From a virus, in the IMG/VR virus record IMGVR_UViG_3300045988_118131: a DNA stretch of 64,000 nucleotides; one strand, written 5' to 3'. Made by a program: the position numbers and the translations under genes. The notes under the pieces were generated by a model that was not told the DNA's origin, did not search any database, and worked only from the letters and a program-made list of their open reading frames with translations. Positions 17,082 to 26,283 of the stretch are shown in pieces. Within the stretch, counting starts at the first letter, position 1. Every line of letters starts with the position of its first letter.

Positions 17082-17309
17082 GTGATTATACAAAATGATT
17101 GTATAGAAAATATTGTTAACTTTACTGTCGGAGAATGGTACTTAGAATTATGGCTTGTAGATGATCCAGAAACAGAGGAATTTATGTGGAATGTAGATAC
17201 TACAGTTGATGGGTATCATAGTATAAATTTTGAGAGTCATTCTATGATAGAGGTTTTGAACAATGCAATAGAATTTTGTAAGCACAAAAAATGGACTGAG
17301 ATATGGTAG
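17082..17309 (+). CDS. hypothetical protein
   Basis: ORF track (GTG start). Confidence 0.45.
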   Translation: MIIQNDCIENIVNFTVGEWYLELWLVDDPETEEFMWNVDTTVDGYHSINFESHSMIEVLNNAIEFCKHKKWTEIW

Positions 17310-17473
17310 AAGTAATTTTTTATCACAGAGATAAAACATCTCTTGACAATGTTGCTGTAGATAAGTTCTTAGAGCTATTAGATAACCATCGTTTAGGAGT
17401 CATAAATATAACAAAAGCAAGAATTGGCAATAAGGACTTAAACATAGAAAAATTAATAGAAGTATTAAAATAA
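17303..17473 (+). CDS. small protein (56 aa)
   Basis: ATG 17303 to TAA 17471-17473. Fills a gap that the track covers only with minus-strand shadow ORFs. Confidence 0.35.
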   Translation: MVEVIFYHRDKTSLDNVAVDKFLELLDNHRLGVINITKARIGNKDLNIEKLIEVLK

Positions 17474-17479
17474 GAGAAT

Positions 17480-17638
17480 ATGACTACTGAAGAACTATTA
17501 GAGCTCGACATTTTGCTTAGCCTTGCAACAGGAAGGTGGATAGCCTCTAAAGAGGATTATGATGTTCGAGCTATTTCTAAAAAAGCTAACGATTTATTAG
17601 AAAAATTTTTACAACCGTACAAGGTTAAACCAAGTTGA
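17480..17638 (+). CDS. small protein (52 aa)
   Basis: ATG 17480 to TGA 17636-17638. Confidence 0.35.
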   Translation: MTTEELLELDILLSLATGRWIASKEDYDVRAISKKANDLLEKFLQPYKVKPS

Positions 17639-17673
17639 TGATTCCACTACGAAAGTAGACTAAAACATTATAC

Positions 17674-17717
17674 AATTAATAGATTGACAAGTTGATAACT
17701 TATTGATTCTATTAATT
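17674..17717. repeat. perfect 10-bp inverted repeat flanking TTGAYA-type repeats
   Basis: AATTAATAGA (17674-17683) and TCTATTAATT (17708-17717) flank TTGACAAGTTGATAACTTATTGAT. Lies directly upstream of the replication-gene block. Confidence 0.5.
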
Positions 17718-18321
17718 GACTGATATTGAGAATGAATTGCTGATGTTGGAACGATATAATCTAACTCCTGAAGAGTGGTTAGTTACTAGACTTCTAATAT
17801 TGGCTAGCGTTGATGAAGGACATAAACAGTATTTTATTCGGTACTTGAACATTCCTCGAAAGAATACTTTGAGAGATGTATTAGTTAGCCTACAAGATAA
17901 ATCTATTATTTTAAAGTCTTACAAAATTCCAAATCCTGGAGAAAGATTTAATCCAGAAGATGTTGATTTAAATAAGAACTTTCTTAAAACTTTTTATAAA
18001 TGTTCCGGCATTTTAGGACAGGAACTATTTAATAATTATCCATATTGTATCGAAAGTGGAGGAAGAACTTATGTATTAAACAACATTACCAAAGGATATA
18101 AGGATATGGAGGAACTATATTATGATTATGGAAGAATTATTAAATTTAACCCAGACACTCATAAAGAGGTTATGGAGTTACTAAAATTTGGCAAGGAACA
18201 TAATCTTATATCTTATGGTATTTGTGAATTTATTAAATCTTATAAATGGTTAAATATAAAGAAAATGAAAGAAGATGGATCGTATGTAGGAAAAACTTTT
18301 GATAATATTACTGCTCTATAA
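17716..18321 (+). CDS. hypothetical protein upstream of the replicative helicase (loader/initiator candidate by position only)
   Basis: ORF track (TTG start; the first ATG is 9 codons in). Its stop abuts the helicase start. Confidence 0.5.
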   Translation: MTDIENELLMLERYNLTPEEWLVTRLLILASVDEGHKQYFIRYLNIPRKNTLRDVLVSLQDKSIILKSYKIPNPGERFNPEDVDLNKNFLKTFYKCSGILGQELFNNYPYCIESGGRTYVLNNITKGYKDMEELYYDYGRIIKFNPDTHKEVMELLKFGKEHNLISYGICEFIKSYKWLNIKKMKEDGSYVGKTFDNITAL

Positions 18322-19433
18322 TGGTTCTGGATAATTTATTATCTCAAATAGATAAGGGACGAGAGGGAAAGAACTGGGGCTTGTCTATGGGATTACCCAA
18401 ATTGGAACAGTATGTAGATGGAGTATCACAAGGTACTTATACTCTTCTATTTTCTGGATCTGGTGTTGGTAAAACCTCATTGGCATTATATGCTTATATT
18501 TATAGACCAATTATGGATAATTTGAATGATCCAGATCATTTTCATATTTTCTATATTAGTTTAGAAATGAAGGCTGAGGTTCTTTTAGCTAAATTACTCT
18601 CTACTTATATATTTGAAACATATAACAGAGAAATTTCCTATAAAGAGATGCTTTCCAAGACTAGAAACACTATATTATCCGACGAGGATTATGAACTTAT
18701 AAAAAAGTCTATTCCTTGGATGGAGAAAGTTATGTCTATGTTAACTATATGGGACAAATCTCTTAACTCAGTTAGCTTTTTCAAACTGATGAAAGATTTG
18801 GCTGATAAAAATGGGAAATTTTATGAGGAGCAAAATAGAAAATTCTATACTCCTGACAATCCAGATAAAGTTGTGTTAGTAGTAATAGACCATTTAGCGT
18901 TATCGCAACCCCAAACAGGAAATAGTCTTAAGAACGAAATGGATGCTATATCTAAGGTAGCTGTACAGTTTAGAAATAGATGTAACTTTAGTTTTTTAAT
19001 GATTATGCAAGCTAATAGAGAAGCAGCAAATGTTGAAAGAAGAAAGTTAGAACTGGTAGAGCCTCAACGTCAAGACGTAAAAGACTCAAGTTGTATGGAA
19101 GCTGATAGTGATATTATGATAGCTGTATTTAACCCGTTTCGAGAAAAACTTACCTCTTATAGAGGTTACAATATAAAAGCCTTAAAAGCTAAATTTAGAA
19201 GTATTATTTTACTAAAGAATAGATACGGAGATGGAGATATTTCTATAGGCTGTAACTTCTTTGGAAAATGTAATCTATGGAAAGAACTTCCTAAAGCTGA
19301 CCAAATCCAAGACTACGAAAAATTTACTGATATAAATACATATAAACAAACTAAAGATGAGGAGGAAATAGAAGATGTAAAAGAATTTAAATCAGATATG
19401 CCGTCAATAAAAAATATTGAAATTATATTATAA
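18321..19433 (+). CDS. DnaB-like replicative DNA helicase (RecA-fold C-terminal domain)
   Basis: Walker A FSGSGVGKTSLAL, Walker B VLVVIDHLAL, MQANRE, arginine-finger region KNRYGD. Confidence 0.75.
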   Translation: MVLDNLLSQIDKGREGKNWGLSMGLPKLEQYVDGVSQGTYTLLFSGSGVGKTSLALYAYIYRPIMDNLNDPDHFHIFYISLEMKAEVLLAKLLSTYIFETYNREISYKEMLSKTRNTILSDEDYELIKKSIPWMEKVMSMLTIWDKSLNSVSFFKLMKDLADKNGKFYEEQNRKFYTPDNPDKVVLVVIDHLALSQPQTGNSLKNEMDAISKVAVQFRNRCNFSFLMIMQANREAANVERRKLELVEPQRQDVKDSSCMEADSDIMIAVFNPFREKLTSYRGYNIKALKAKFRSIILLKNRYGDGDISIGCNFFGKCNLWKELPKADQIQDYEKFTDINTYKQTKDEEEIEDVKEFKSDMPSIKNIEIIL

Positions 19434-19702
19434 TGGCAGAATTAATAGGAATAGCAGGAAATTCAGGTTCAGGAAAAACAACTTCAGTAAAGGATTTAAA
19501 TCCAAAAGAAACTTTTATAATTAGTGTATTGGGTAAACCTCTTCCTTTTAGAGGATTTAAGAAAAACTATCCTCCTCTAAAAATTGTTGACAAAAGCTAT
19601 GTTGGTAATTTTTTCACTTCCAACAAAGTAGACAATATCATTAAAATCTTTGGAATTATTAATAAGTCTCGTCCAGAGATTAAACAAATTGTTATAGACG
19701 AT
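19433..19702 (+). CDS. P-loop ATPase, AAA_24/Sak4-like, exon 1
   Basis: Walker A GIAGNSGSGKTT and Walker B-like KQIVIDD. The frame closes at TAA 19706-19708, just inside the intron. Confidence 0.55.
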
Positions 19703-19756
19703 AAATAAAATTTTTCATTAAGTCACAAAATATTTTGTAGAGTAATTATTTTTTAG

Positions 19757-19764
19757 TAATTTTG
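19757..19764 (+). promoter_or_regulatory. -7 promoter box (TAATTTTG) inside the intron, upstream of the homing endonuclease ORF
   Basis: Matches TAnnTTTG, 24 nt upstream of ATG 19788. Confidence 0.4.
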
Positions 19765-19787
19765 TATCAAATTTAAAATGATACATT

Positions 19788-20690
19788 ATGAATAGAATTA
19801 ATTATGACCAAGAAAAAATTATAGAGCTTTATAATAAGGGCTATACAGATAGACAAATTGCAGAAACTTTAAACTATCCAGTTAATAATTTTGCTTCTTA
19901 TAGGAGGAAAAATTTAAAGCTTCCTCCTAATAAACCAAGGGAAACAGATATATTAACAGCTGACGAATTAGCTGTATTAATAGGAACTCTTTTAGGAGAT
20001 TCGTGTGTGCAGTATGTACATTCTAAATGTAAATATCCTTCACTGTCATTTACTCATTGCATTAAACAAAAAGAATACTTTTTAGTAAAATGCAAAAAAC
20101 TAGAAAAATTAATTTCATCATATAAAGAGTATAATTACGGAGAAAGAGCTACCTCTAAAGATAAGACGTTTCTCCATTGTACTGGTAAGAATATGAAATG
20201 CTTAGTGGATATTAGAAATGTCTTTTATCCTGATGGTATAAAAATTATACCAATAGAATTTCTAGAGAAACACATGACTAAAGAAAGTATTTACTACTTA
20301 ATGATGGATGATGGTAGTTATGATATACATACGAATAGCTACATATTAAATACACAATGTTTTACTAGAGAGAACTTAGAAAACTTTACTGAGTTTTTAA
20401 AAGTTAAGTTTGGTCTAGACTTTTCTGTAAAAAGTGATAATAGTCTTTATTTAAAACACTCATCTAATGAAAAGATGGTTGAAATACTACAAAAATATAA
20501 CATTTGTGATTCCATGAATTATAAGTGTTGTCTCAAAACTCCGTTAAACGGGGAAGTTCCAGATAATCTGGGTAATCCCGTGCTAAACCCTCAAGAAATT
20601 GAGGAAAATGCCGAACGACTAGAAGTGATGCCTAACACAAAAGGTGAGGCTATAAAATCTTCCACGAAAGCGGGGCACTACTTAAAGTAG
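19788..20690 (+). CDS. LAGLIDADG homing endonuclease with an N-terminal HTH
   Basis: Motifs LIGTLLGDSCV and YYLMMDDGSY. HTH-like YTDRQIAETLNYPVNNF. The C-terminal ~50 codons run through the ribozyme core sequence. Confidence 0.8.
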   Translation: MNRINYDQEKIIELYNKGYTDRQIAETLNYPVNNFASYRRKNLKLPPNKPRETDILTADELAVLIGTLLGDSCVQYVHSKCKYPSLSFTHCIKQKEYFLVKCKKLEKLISSYKEYNYGERATSKDKTFLHCTGKNMKCLVDIRNVFYPDGIKIIPIEFLEKHMTKESIYYLMMDDGSYDIHTNSYILNTQCFTRENLENFTEFLKVKFGLDFSVKSDNSLYLKHSSNEKMVEILQKYNICDSMNYKCCLKTPLNGEVPDNLGNPVLNPQEIEENAERLEVMPNTKGEAIKSSTKAGHYLK

Positions 20691-20773
20691 AATTTGTGAA
20701 AATACGAAATAAGCTAAAGAGATAGTCTGATCTATATAGTAATATATAGAACTATAGGATAAAGAGCCTATAG

Positions 20774-21265
20774 GGTAACATAATGGCTAATTATCTAATG
20801 TCTTGTGAGACTATGGATAGAGCGGAGGAAAAGGGATACGAAAAGTTTACCCAGATAGCTAAGCACTATTATGATATGTTGAAAACAGCCTTGAATTTGA
20901 GAGATGATTTAAAGGTTATTGTTATCTCCCACATTGAAAATGCAGGAGATACTATGAATCCTCAATACAAACTCAAAACTACTGGAAAAATGTTGGATAA
21001 CACTATCAATGTTGATGGTTTATTTACTTATTTGCTGTACACTGAGTTAGTAGAGAGTGAGAATGGGGATATAGAACATGTATTTAGAACCAACACTATT
21101 AAAGGTGAAGATACTTGTAAAACTCCACTGGGTTGTTTTAAAGAATTGTACATTCCTAATAATCTTCAACTAGTAGTCGAGACTATTGATCGCTATAATA
21201 ATGGCGATGAAGAGACGGAAGATGATACTGAAAACAAAACATCAAATACTGTTAATAACGAGTAA
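20774..21265 (+). CDS. P-loop ATPase, AAA_24/Sak4-like, exon 2
   Basis: The frame is open from 20774 (a TAG lies at 20771-20773). Continues exon 1 and contains VIVISHIE. Confidence 0.55.
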   Translation, partial: GNIMANYLMSCETMDRAEEKGYEKFTQIAKHYYDMLKTALNLRDDLKVIVISHIENAGDTMNPQYKLKTTGKMLDNTINVDGLFTYLLYTELVESENGDIEHVFRTNTIKGEDTCKTPLGCFKELYIPNNLQLVVETIDRYNNGDEETEDDTENKTSNTVNNE

Positions 21266-21849
21266 TGGGAAAAATTAAAGTTAAAATGGAGTTGGAATTC
21301 TGGTATGATCCAGAAACCAACACTTATGAACCAATTTCTAACAAAGTGATTGAAGATAACTCTAAGTCAAAACCATCTAAAAGCAAAGTCAAGGATGATG
21401 GTAGCACCTGTCCAATAATTACTTTGGAGGACAATAAATATACACTAAACAGCCGAGCTGTAGAGGTTCTTGGAGTAAAACATGAAGACAGACTAACAAT
21501 TCAGTATCACAAAGTAAGTGGAAAACTTGTTCCAGTCATTGCTAAGGATGAAGTTCTTGGAGTAAAGGGAGGAAACAAGTTGACTAAAAGTAATACTGTT
21601 GCCTGCCGAGGAAAGGCTAATGAGAAGTTATCTGAATATGGTTCAGAATTTGAGTTAGTAGAAAAGGGCGAAGGCATTTATATAATGAAAGGCGATAAAG
21701 AGCCTACCCCATATAAGGAAGTCGATAAGAACATTGAAATCAGTGAATCGGAAGATGACAATGATCTAGAAGATCTAGATTCTGTAGATTTAACTGCAGA
21801 CTTAGATTCCGAAGACGCTGTGGAAATCACGTTCAATGACATTCTTTAA
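21265..21849 (+). CDS. hypothetical protein with an acidic C-terminus
   Basis: ORF track. Asp/Glu-rich tail. Confidence 0.5.
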   Translation: MGKIKVKMELEFWYDPETNTYEPISNKVIEDNSKSKPSKSKVKDDGSTCPIITLEDNKYTLNSRAVEVLGVKHEDRLTIQYHKVSGKLVPVIAKDEVLGVKGGNKLTKSNTVACRGKANEKLSEYGSEFELVEKGEGIYIMKGDKEPTPYKEVDKNIEISESEDDNDLEDLDSVDLTADLDSEDAVEITFNDIL

Positions 21850-21908
21850 ATGGTCAAGAGATAAATTTATATTTTTAGATAATTACAATAGAAATAGATG
21901 CTTAAAAA

Positions 21909-22646
21909 ATGAAAGTATTAAAAATATTTGTAATTATGAGTATGAATTTGAACATTGGTTTTAACAAAGACGAGAAGTTTGTATCTAACAGTTTACCTTT
22001 ATTGAAGGCTTGGGGAATTTATGAAGTGCAGTTTGATGGTTGTGAATACACAACTTTTGCAGGTAAAAAGGATCCAAATGCCAATTATGAAGTTTTGAAG
22101 TTCAAATTTAAAGGAGAAGCTGGCCAGTATGTTGAAACCTTGTTTGCACCGAAACCGGGGGATGAAGAAAGAAAGACTAGAACTAATGCCAATGGTCACG
22201 AAGTTCCGACTCCCTCTAATATAGACAATTTTAAATATGAACTTGGTCAATTGTTGACCTATATTAGCCCAGAAGCTCTAACTAAGCTGGCGGGAAAATC
22301 AGTATCGTTCTCTGATATTGCTAAATTTGTAGTTAAACAAACTGAAGCTTCTATCGGTAAGACGGTGTATATCAAGTTGATAGGTAATAAGAGCAACAAA
22401 CCAAGATTTCCTTATTTCTTGAGTTTCTTTGAAGGGCAGAGCGAGCCAGTGATTACTAATAACTTCATTAGTGATAATATTAATAAGTTAGGATTCACAG
22501 AGTATGAACTGTCTCAGAAGGAGAAAATTGAGAATGCAAAACCTACTAATATGGCGAGTGTGTCCGGAGGTAGTTCTGAAAGTATCGACAACCCAGATAC
22601 CCCTGACGAAACTGCATCCTCTGATTTAGATTTGGATTTGCTTTAA
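21909..22646 (+). CDS. candidate single-stranded DNA-binding protein (gp2.5-like size, acidic tail)
   Basis: About 235 aa. Sits between the recombination ATPase and the primase. Extreme C-terminus SSDLDLDLL resembles an SSB acidic tail. The start may be at 21936 or 21942. Confidence 0.35.
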   Translation: MKVLKIFVIMSMNLNIGFNKDEKFVSNSLPLLKAWGIYEVQFDGCEYTTFAGKKDPNANYEVLKFKFKGEAGQYVETLFAPKPGDEERKTRTNANGHEVPTPSNIDNFKYELGQLLTYISPEALTKLAGKSVSFSDIAKFVVKQTEASIGKTVYIKLIGNKSNKPRFPYFLSFFEGQSEPVITNNFISDNINKLGFTEYELSQKEKIENAKPTNMASVSGGSSESIDNPDTPDETASSDLDLDLL

Positions 22647-22660
22647 TCAAAAATTCTTAG

Positions 22661-22668
22661 TATATTTG
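22661..22668 (+). promoter_or_regulatory. -7 promoter box (TATATTTG)
   Basis: Matches TAnnTTTG, 23 nt upstream of the primase ATG. Confidence 0.4.
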
Positions 22669-22690
22669 TAGTCTAAATTTAGATGCTAGT

Positions 22691-23695
22691 ATGCAAATAA
22701 AAATTCAGCCTACGAAAATTACTAAAGAATTAATCCTAAGCCATATATCAGAAGAGACTCTAATGGAGCATTATCTAGGAATACCTGTCAAAAAGGGGAT
22801 CTTTAGGTCCCCTTTGAGAACAGATAATAATCCTACTTGCAGCTTCGATAGAGATAAATATGGAAGACTAGTATTTAAAGATTTTAATGGGAGTTTTTAT
22901 GGCGATGCTTTTGAAGTAGTTAAAAGACTATACAATGTTCCCTATTATGAGGCTTTAAATATTATTGCTAACGATTTTGGGATTATTGAGATTCCCCGAC
23001 TAGTAAAACACCCCAAGATAATTGAGTATTCAAACACTCAATTCGAAGAATCAGGACCAAGTAACATCCAAATAGAAGTACAACCGTTTTCTGAACAAGA
23101 ACTAAAGTGGTGGGAATCATTTGGAATTACTCAAGAACTATTGAAAAAATATAATGTTTATTCATGCAAGAATGTTTTTTTAAATGGTTCGTACTTGACC
23201 TCTTCGTCAGAAACAGATTTCATCTTTGCTTACTACAGGGGTAGTATAGACGGAATAGATTATTTCAGAATATACTTTCCCATGAGAAAACACTTTAGAT
23301 TTTTATCTAATTGGACAGCAAAAATGATTCAAGGAGCCAAACAGCTTCCAAAAACTGGAGATTTTTTAGTAATCACCAAGAGTATGAAAGATGTAATGAC
23401 TCTGGCGAGTTTTGGTATAACGGCAATAGCCCCAAATTCAGAAACACTATTCCTTTCGGAAGAGCAATATGAGAAAGTTAAAAAACGGTTTAAACGTATA
23501 ATTCTTTTATATGACAATGATTTAGCTGGAATTAGTAATATGAACAAAATTCGTAAAAGTTTTAAAGATATTAGCTGTGTTTGGATTCCCAGAAAATATG
23601 CAAAAGATATAAGTGATTTTCGCAAAAAATACGGAGAAGAAAACACTAGAAAATTAATCAATAAAGCTAAACGAATTTTAAACATAAATGGCTAA
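22691..23695 (+). CDS. DNA primase (TOPRIM domain)
   Basis: TOPRIM-like FLVITKSMKDV and ILLYDNDLAG (DxD). N-terminal primase-like region. Confidence 0.6.
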   Translation: MQIKIQPTKITKELILSHISEETLMEHYLGIPVKKGIFRSPLRTDNNPTCSFDRDKYGRLVFKDFNGSFYGDAFEVVKRLYNVPYYEALNIIANDFGIIEIPRLVKHPKIIEYSNTQFEESGPSNIQIEVQPFSEQELKWWESFGITQELLKKYNVYSCKNVFLNGSYLTSSSETDFIFAYYRGSIDGIDYFRIYFPMRKHFRFLSNWTAKMIQGAKQLPKTGDFLVITKSMKDVMTLASFGITAIAPNSETLFLSEEQYEKVKKRFKRIILLYDNDLAGISNMNKIRKSFKDISCVWIPRKYAKDISDFRKKYGEENTRKLINKAKRILNING

Positions 23696-24239
23696 AAATA
23701 AAGAATTAAATACATCTTGTAGAGCAACTTTCAAAGATAGTAGTGTACAAGAATTTGAATCAATAGAAGAGGCTGCAGAAGCCACAGGATTAACTGTAGC
23801 AGCTATTAAGATACGATGTAATAGACCTGGATGTGTGGGAAAGGATAAAACAGCTTTTGAGTGGTTAGACGAGCACACAAAAAGAAGTTACCAGGCTAAA
23901 AAATCTAAATCTAAAGGCAGTGCTTTGGAGTATCAAGTAGTAAAAGACTTAAAAGAATTAGGGTTTACAGGATGTGTAACAGCTAGGGGAGAGTCCAAAA
24001 GAGTTGATAACAACAAAATAGACATTATTGACACTGAAGGTAGGCTTCCAGTTAATATACAATGTAAACATTATAAAAATACTCCTAACTATTTTAAAAT
24101 TAGAGAAGAGTGTGGTGATAAGTCTAAACCATTTACGATTGTGTGGAAAAAGTCTGCAGAAGGAGGAAACAACAGTCCTGGCACAGTTGCGATTATTCCA
24201 ATAGAGTTATTTTATGAATTTTTAAAGGCTTACCTATAA
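23688..24239 (+). CDS. PD-(D/E)XK nuclease, Hjc-like Holliday junction resolvase candidate, with an N-terminal HTH
   Basis: ALEYQVVKDLKELGF...DIID...VNIQCKH fits the E...D...(E/Q)xK nuclease pattern. N-terminal FESIEEAAEATGLTVAAIKIRC resembles a NUMOD-type HTH. Confidence 0.45.
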   Translation: MAKNKELNTSCRATFKDSSVQEFESIEEAAEATGLTVAAIKIRCNRPGCVGKDKTAFEWLDEHTKRSYQAKKSKSKGSALEYQVVKDLKELGFTGCVTARGESKRVDNNKIDIIDTEGRLPVNIQCKHYKNTPNYFKIREECGDKSKPFTIVWKKSAEGGNNSPGTVAIIPIELFYEFLKAYL

Positions 24240-24255
24240 AATAGGTGAGCCATTT

Positions 24256-24525
24256 TTGTATATGGAAGTAATAGTTAGACCATTTAAAGAAGATTTCCAA
24301 AAGTTATCCAAAATGGGATTTACGTTTCTCACGTTTGAGGAAAGATACGCCAAATGGCTGTCTTCTTCCAATAAAAAGAAATTAGGTTTATGTACTCCTG
24401 AGGTATTTTCTTTAGGATATGATTCTCTTTTATCGGAATTGAAGGAATCTATATTTGTTATAGTTAATACTGAGGAGGAATTAAATTTAGTCGATTCAAA
24501 TTTTAATATTATAGAGTACAATTAA
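24256..24525 (+). CDS. hypothetical protein
   Basis: ORF track. Confidence 0.45.
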   Translation: MYMEVIVRPFKEDFQKLSKMGFTFLTFEERYAKWLSSSNKKKLGLCTPEVFSLGYDSLLSELKESIFVIVNTEEELNLVDSNFNIIEYN

Positions 24526-25344
24526 ATGAAAGACATTTTATTCGGAGCTATCATTGGAGATATGTGTGGCTCATCTTATGAAAGAAGTTTCAATAAAGAT
24601 ATGGAACTTGACAAAATTGAGTTAATAACTCCAGAAATGCATTTTACTGACGACACAGTTTGTAGTATAGCCATTGCTGATGCAATTATTAAAGATGTCG
24701 ATAATCCAAACTTTGAAGAATCTCTTATTAAATGGTGTAGGAAATATCCAAAAGCAGGATACGGTAAAATATTCTACGAATGGTTTATGTCTGTTGATAG
24801 TGAAAGACCTAACATCGAAAGTTATGGTAATGGGTCTGCAATGAGAGTAAGCTCTTGTGGATGGCTTCCTACTAAAGACGAGGCTCTGGAATTAGCTAGA
24901 CTTTCAGCTCTTCCTACTCATAGTCATCCGGCAGGAATTAGAGGAGCACAAGCAATTGCTGAATGTATATGGACAGCTTATAATAGTTGTAATGCAAAAG
25001 CATTAGTACTTGATATAGCTAAAAAGTATTATCCAGAATTTGATTTTGATGTTCCTATTTCAGAACTAAGAAAGGAATACACACTCGACTGTACTTGCCA
25101 AGGGTCTGTACCTCAAGCTATAAAATGTTATTGGGAATCTAATAGTTTTGAAGACTGTCTGAAGAGGGCTATTTGGCTTGGAGGGGATACTGATACAATA
25201 GCAGCTATGGCTGGTAGTATTGCCTATGCTGACTATTGGTATGTTCCAGCTTATTTGATTGAAGCAGCAAAGAATAATCTTCCGGATGAAATGTTGGAGG
25301 TAGTGGATGCGTTTGATGATTTTGTAACTTACGAAGAATGGTAA
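24526..25344 (+). CDS. ADP-ribosylglycohydrolase (ARH/DraG family)
   Basis: GAIIGDMCGSSYE, GNGSAMRVS and GGDTDTIAAMAGSIAYA match the conserved ARH metal-binding motifs. Confidence 0.8.
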   Translation: MKDILFGAIIGDMCGSSYERSFNKDMELDKIELITPEMHFTDDTVCSIAIADAIIKDVDNPNFEESLIKWCRKYPKAGYGKIFYEWFMSVDSERPNIESYGNGSAMRVSSCGWLPTKDEALELARLSALPTHSHPAGIRGAQAIAECIWTAYNSCNAKALVLDIAKKYYPEFDFDVPISELRKEYTLDCTCQGSVPQAIKCYWESNSFEDCLKRAIWLGGDTDTIAAMAGSIAYADYWYVPAYLIEAAKNNLPDEMLEVVDAFDDFVTYEEW

Positions 25345-25550
25345 ATACATATCTTTATCCAATATACGACACTGAAAGCGATGAATGCCTTATTAAGGCA
25401 ATCAAGGCTCGTAGTTTAGAAGACGCTTATGAAAAGTTGTCGGAATATTATGATCTTGATACTATTTGTGAAAATCACTTTGAGTTTCAGGAAGCCATGA
25501 AGGAGTATGGCTATATAGTTGGATTACTAACTGATATTGACGAAATATAA
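25338..25550 (+). CDS. hypothetical acidic protein
   Basis: ORF track. Confidence 0.45.
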   Translation: MVNTYLYPIYDTESDECLIKAIKARSLEDAYEKLSEYYDLDTICENHFEFQEAMKEYGYIVGLLTDIDEI

Positions 25551-26075
25551 ATGAATAAATTAAGAATAGGGTTAGATATTGACGACACTTTAGGAGATTT
25601 TTATGGACATTACAAATCCTTTTTTAATGCCGAAAAGAATCCAAGAGTAATGGAAGATAAGAACATTACTAAAAATGTGTGTAAATTAAGAACTAATAAA
25701 GACTTTTGGCTAAGTTTGCCCAAAATAGACAGTATAAATTTTGAACCAGAATTGTACTGTACTAAGAGAATTAATCCAAAGGCTTGGAGTAGAGAATGGC
25801 TTGTAAATAATGGATTCCCAAATAAGCCTATATATCAAATGGTATACCAGGGTGGAAATAAAGCTGTTATGATTAAGGGAAGATGTGATGTCCTAATTGA
25901 TGATTCAGTGTCTAACGTACTCAAGTGCATAGATTCTGGTATGCCAGCTTTACTTATAGATAGACCACACAATAGGTGGTTTGGACCGCAATATCGAATC
26001 TTTAGTTTAGACATAGACGAGATTATTGATGCTTACAACATTTTATTAGAATTTAATGGAGAAAACTTTATTTGA
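25551..26075 (+). CDS. 5'(3')-deoxyribonucleotidase (HAD superfamily, NT5C-like)
   Basis: HAD motif I GLDIDDTLGDF. Late IDD motif. About 175 aa. Confidence 0.6.
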   Translation: MNKLRIGLDIDDTLGDFYGHYKSFFNAEKNPRVMEDKNITKNVCKLRTNKDFWLSLPKIDSINFEPELYCTKRINPKAWSREWLVNNGFPNKPIYQMVYQGGNKAVMIKGRCDVLIDDSVSNVLKCIDSGMPALLIDRPHNRWFGPQYRIFSLDIDEIIDAYNILLEFNGENFI

Positions 26076-26283
26076 CTGGAGGGGATATGATGCACTCGAT
26101 ATGACAGCTTTAATATTTTACGAGTGCGTTTTGAAAGTACCTATTGGATCGTTTCCTATAGGGTACTGTGCTAACAGCATATTTATAGATTACGAACAAG
26201 GCATTTTGTCTATTTTTGATAATGAAGATAAGGAGTATAAATTTTCTCTAAATCTTCAAGTAGGTGAACCATTGTCAGCATAA
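26056..26283 (+). CDS. hypothetical protein
   Basis: ORF track. Confidence 0.4.
   Translation: MEKTLFDWRGYDALDMTALIFYECVLKVPIGSFPIGYCANSIFIDYEQGILSIFDNEDKEYKFSLNLQVGEPLSA

Larger units (their letters stand above)
19703..20773 (+). mobile_element. group I intron (T4 td-like core) carrying a LAGLIDADG homing endonuclease
   Basis: 5' splice site after T19702 and terminal G20773, which restores the frame (..IVIDD|GNIMANYL..). Core elements: AAACGGGGAA...AATCCCGTGCTAAA (20545-20588), AGATAGTC, a GTAA-capped hairpin, and the CTATAGG-ATAAAGAG-CCTATAG hairpin. Confidence 0.65.
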
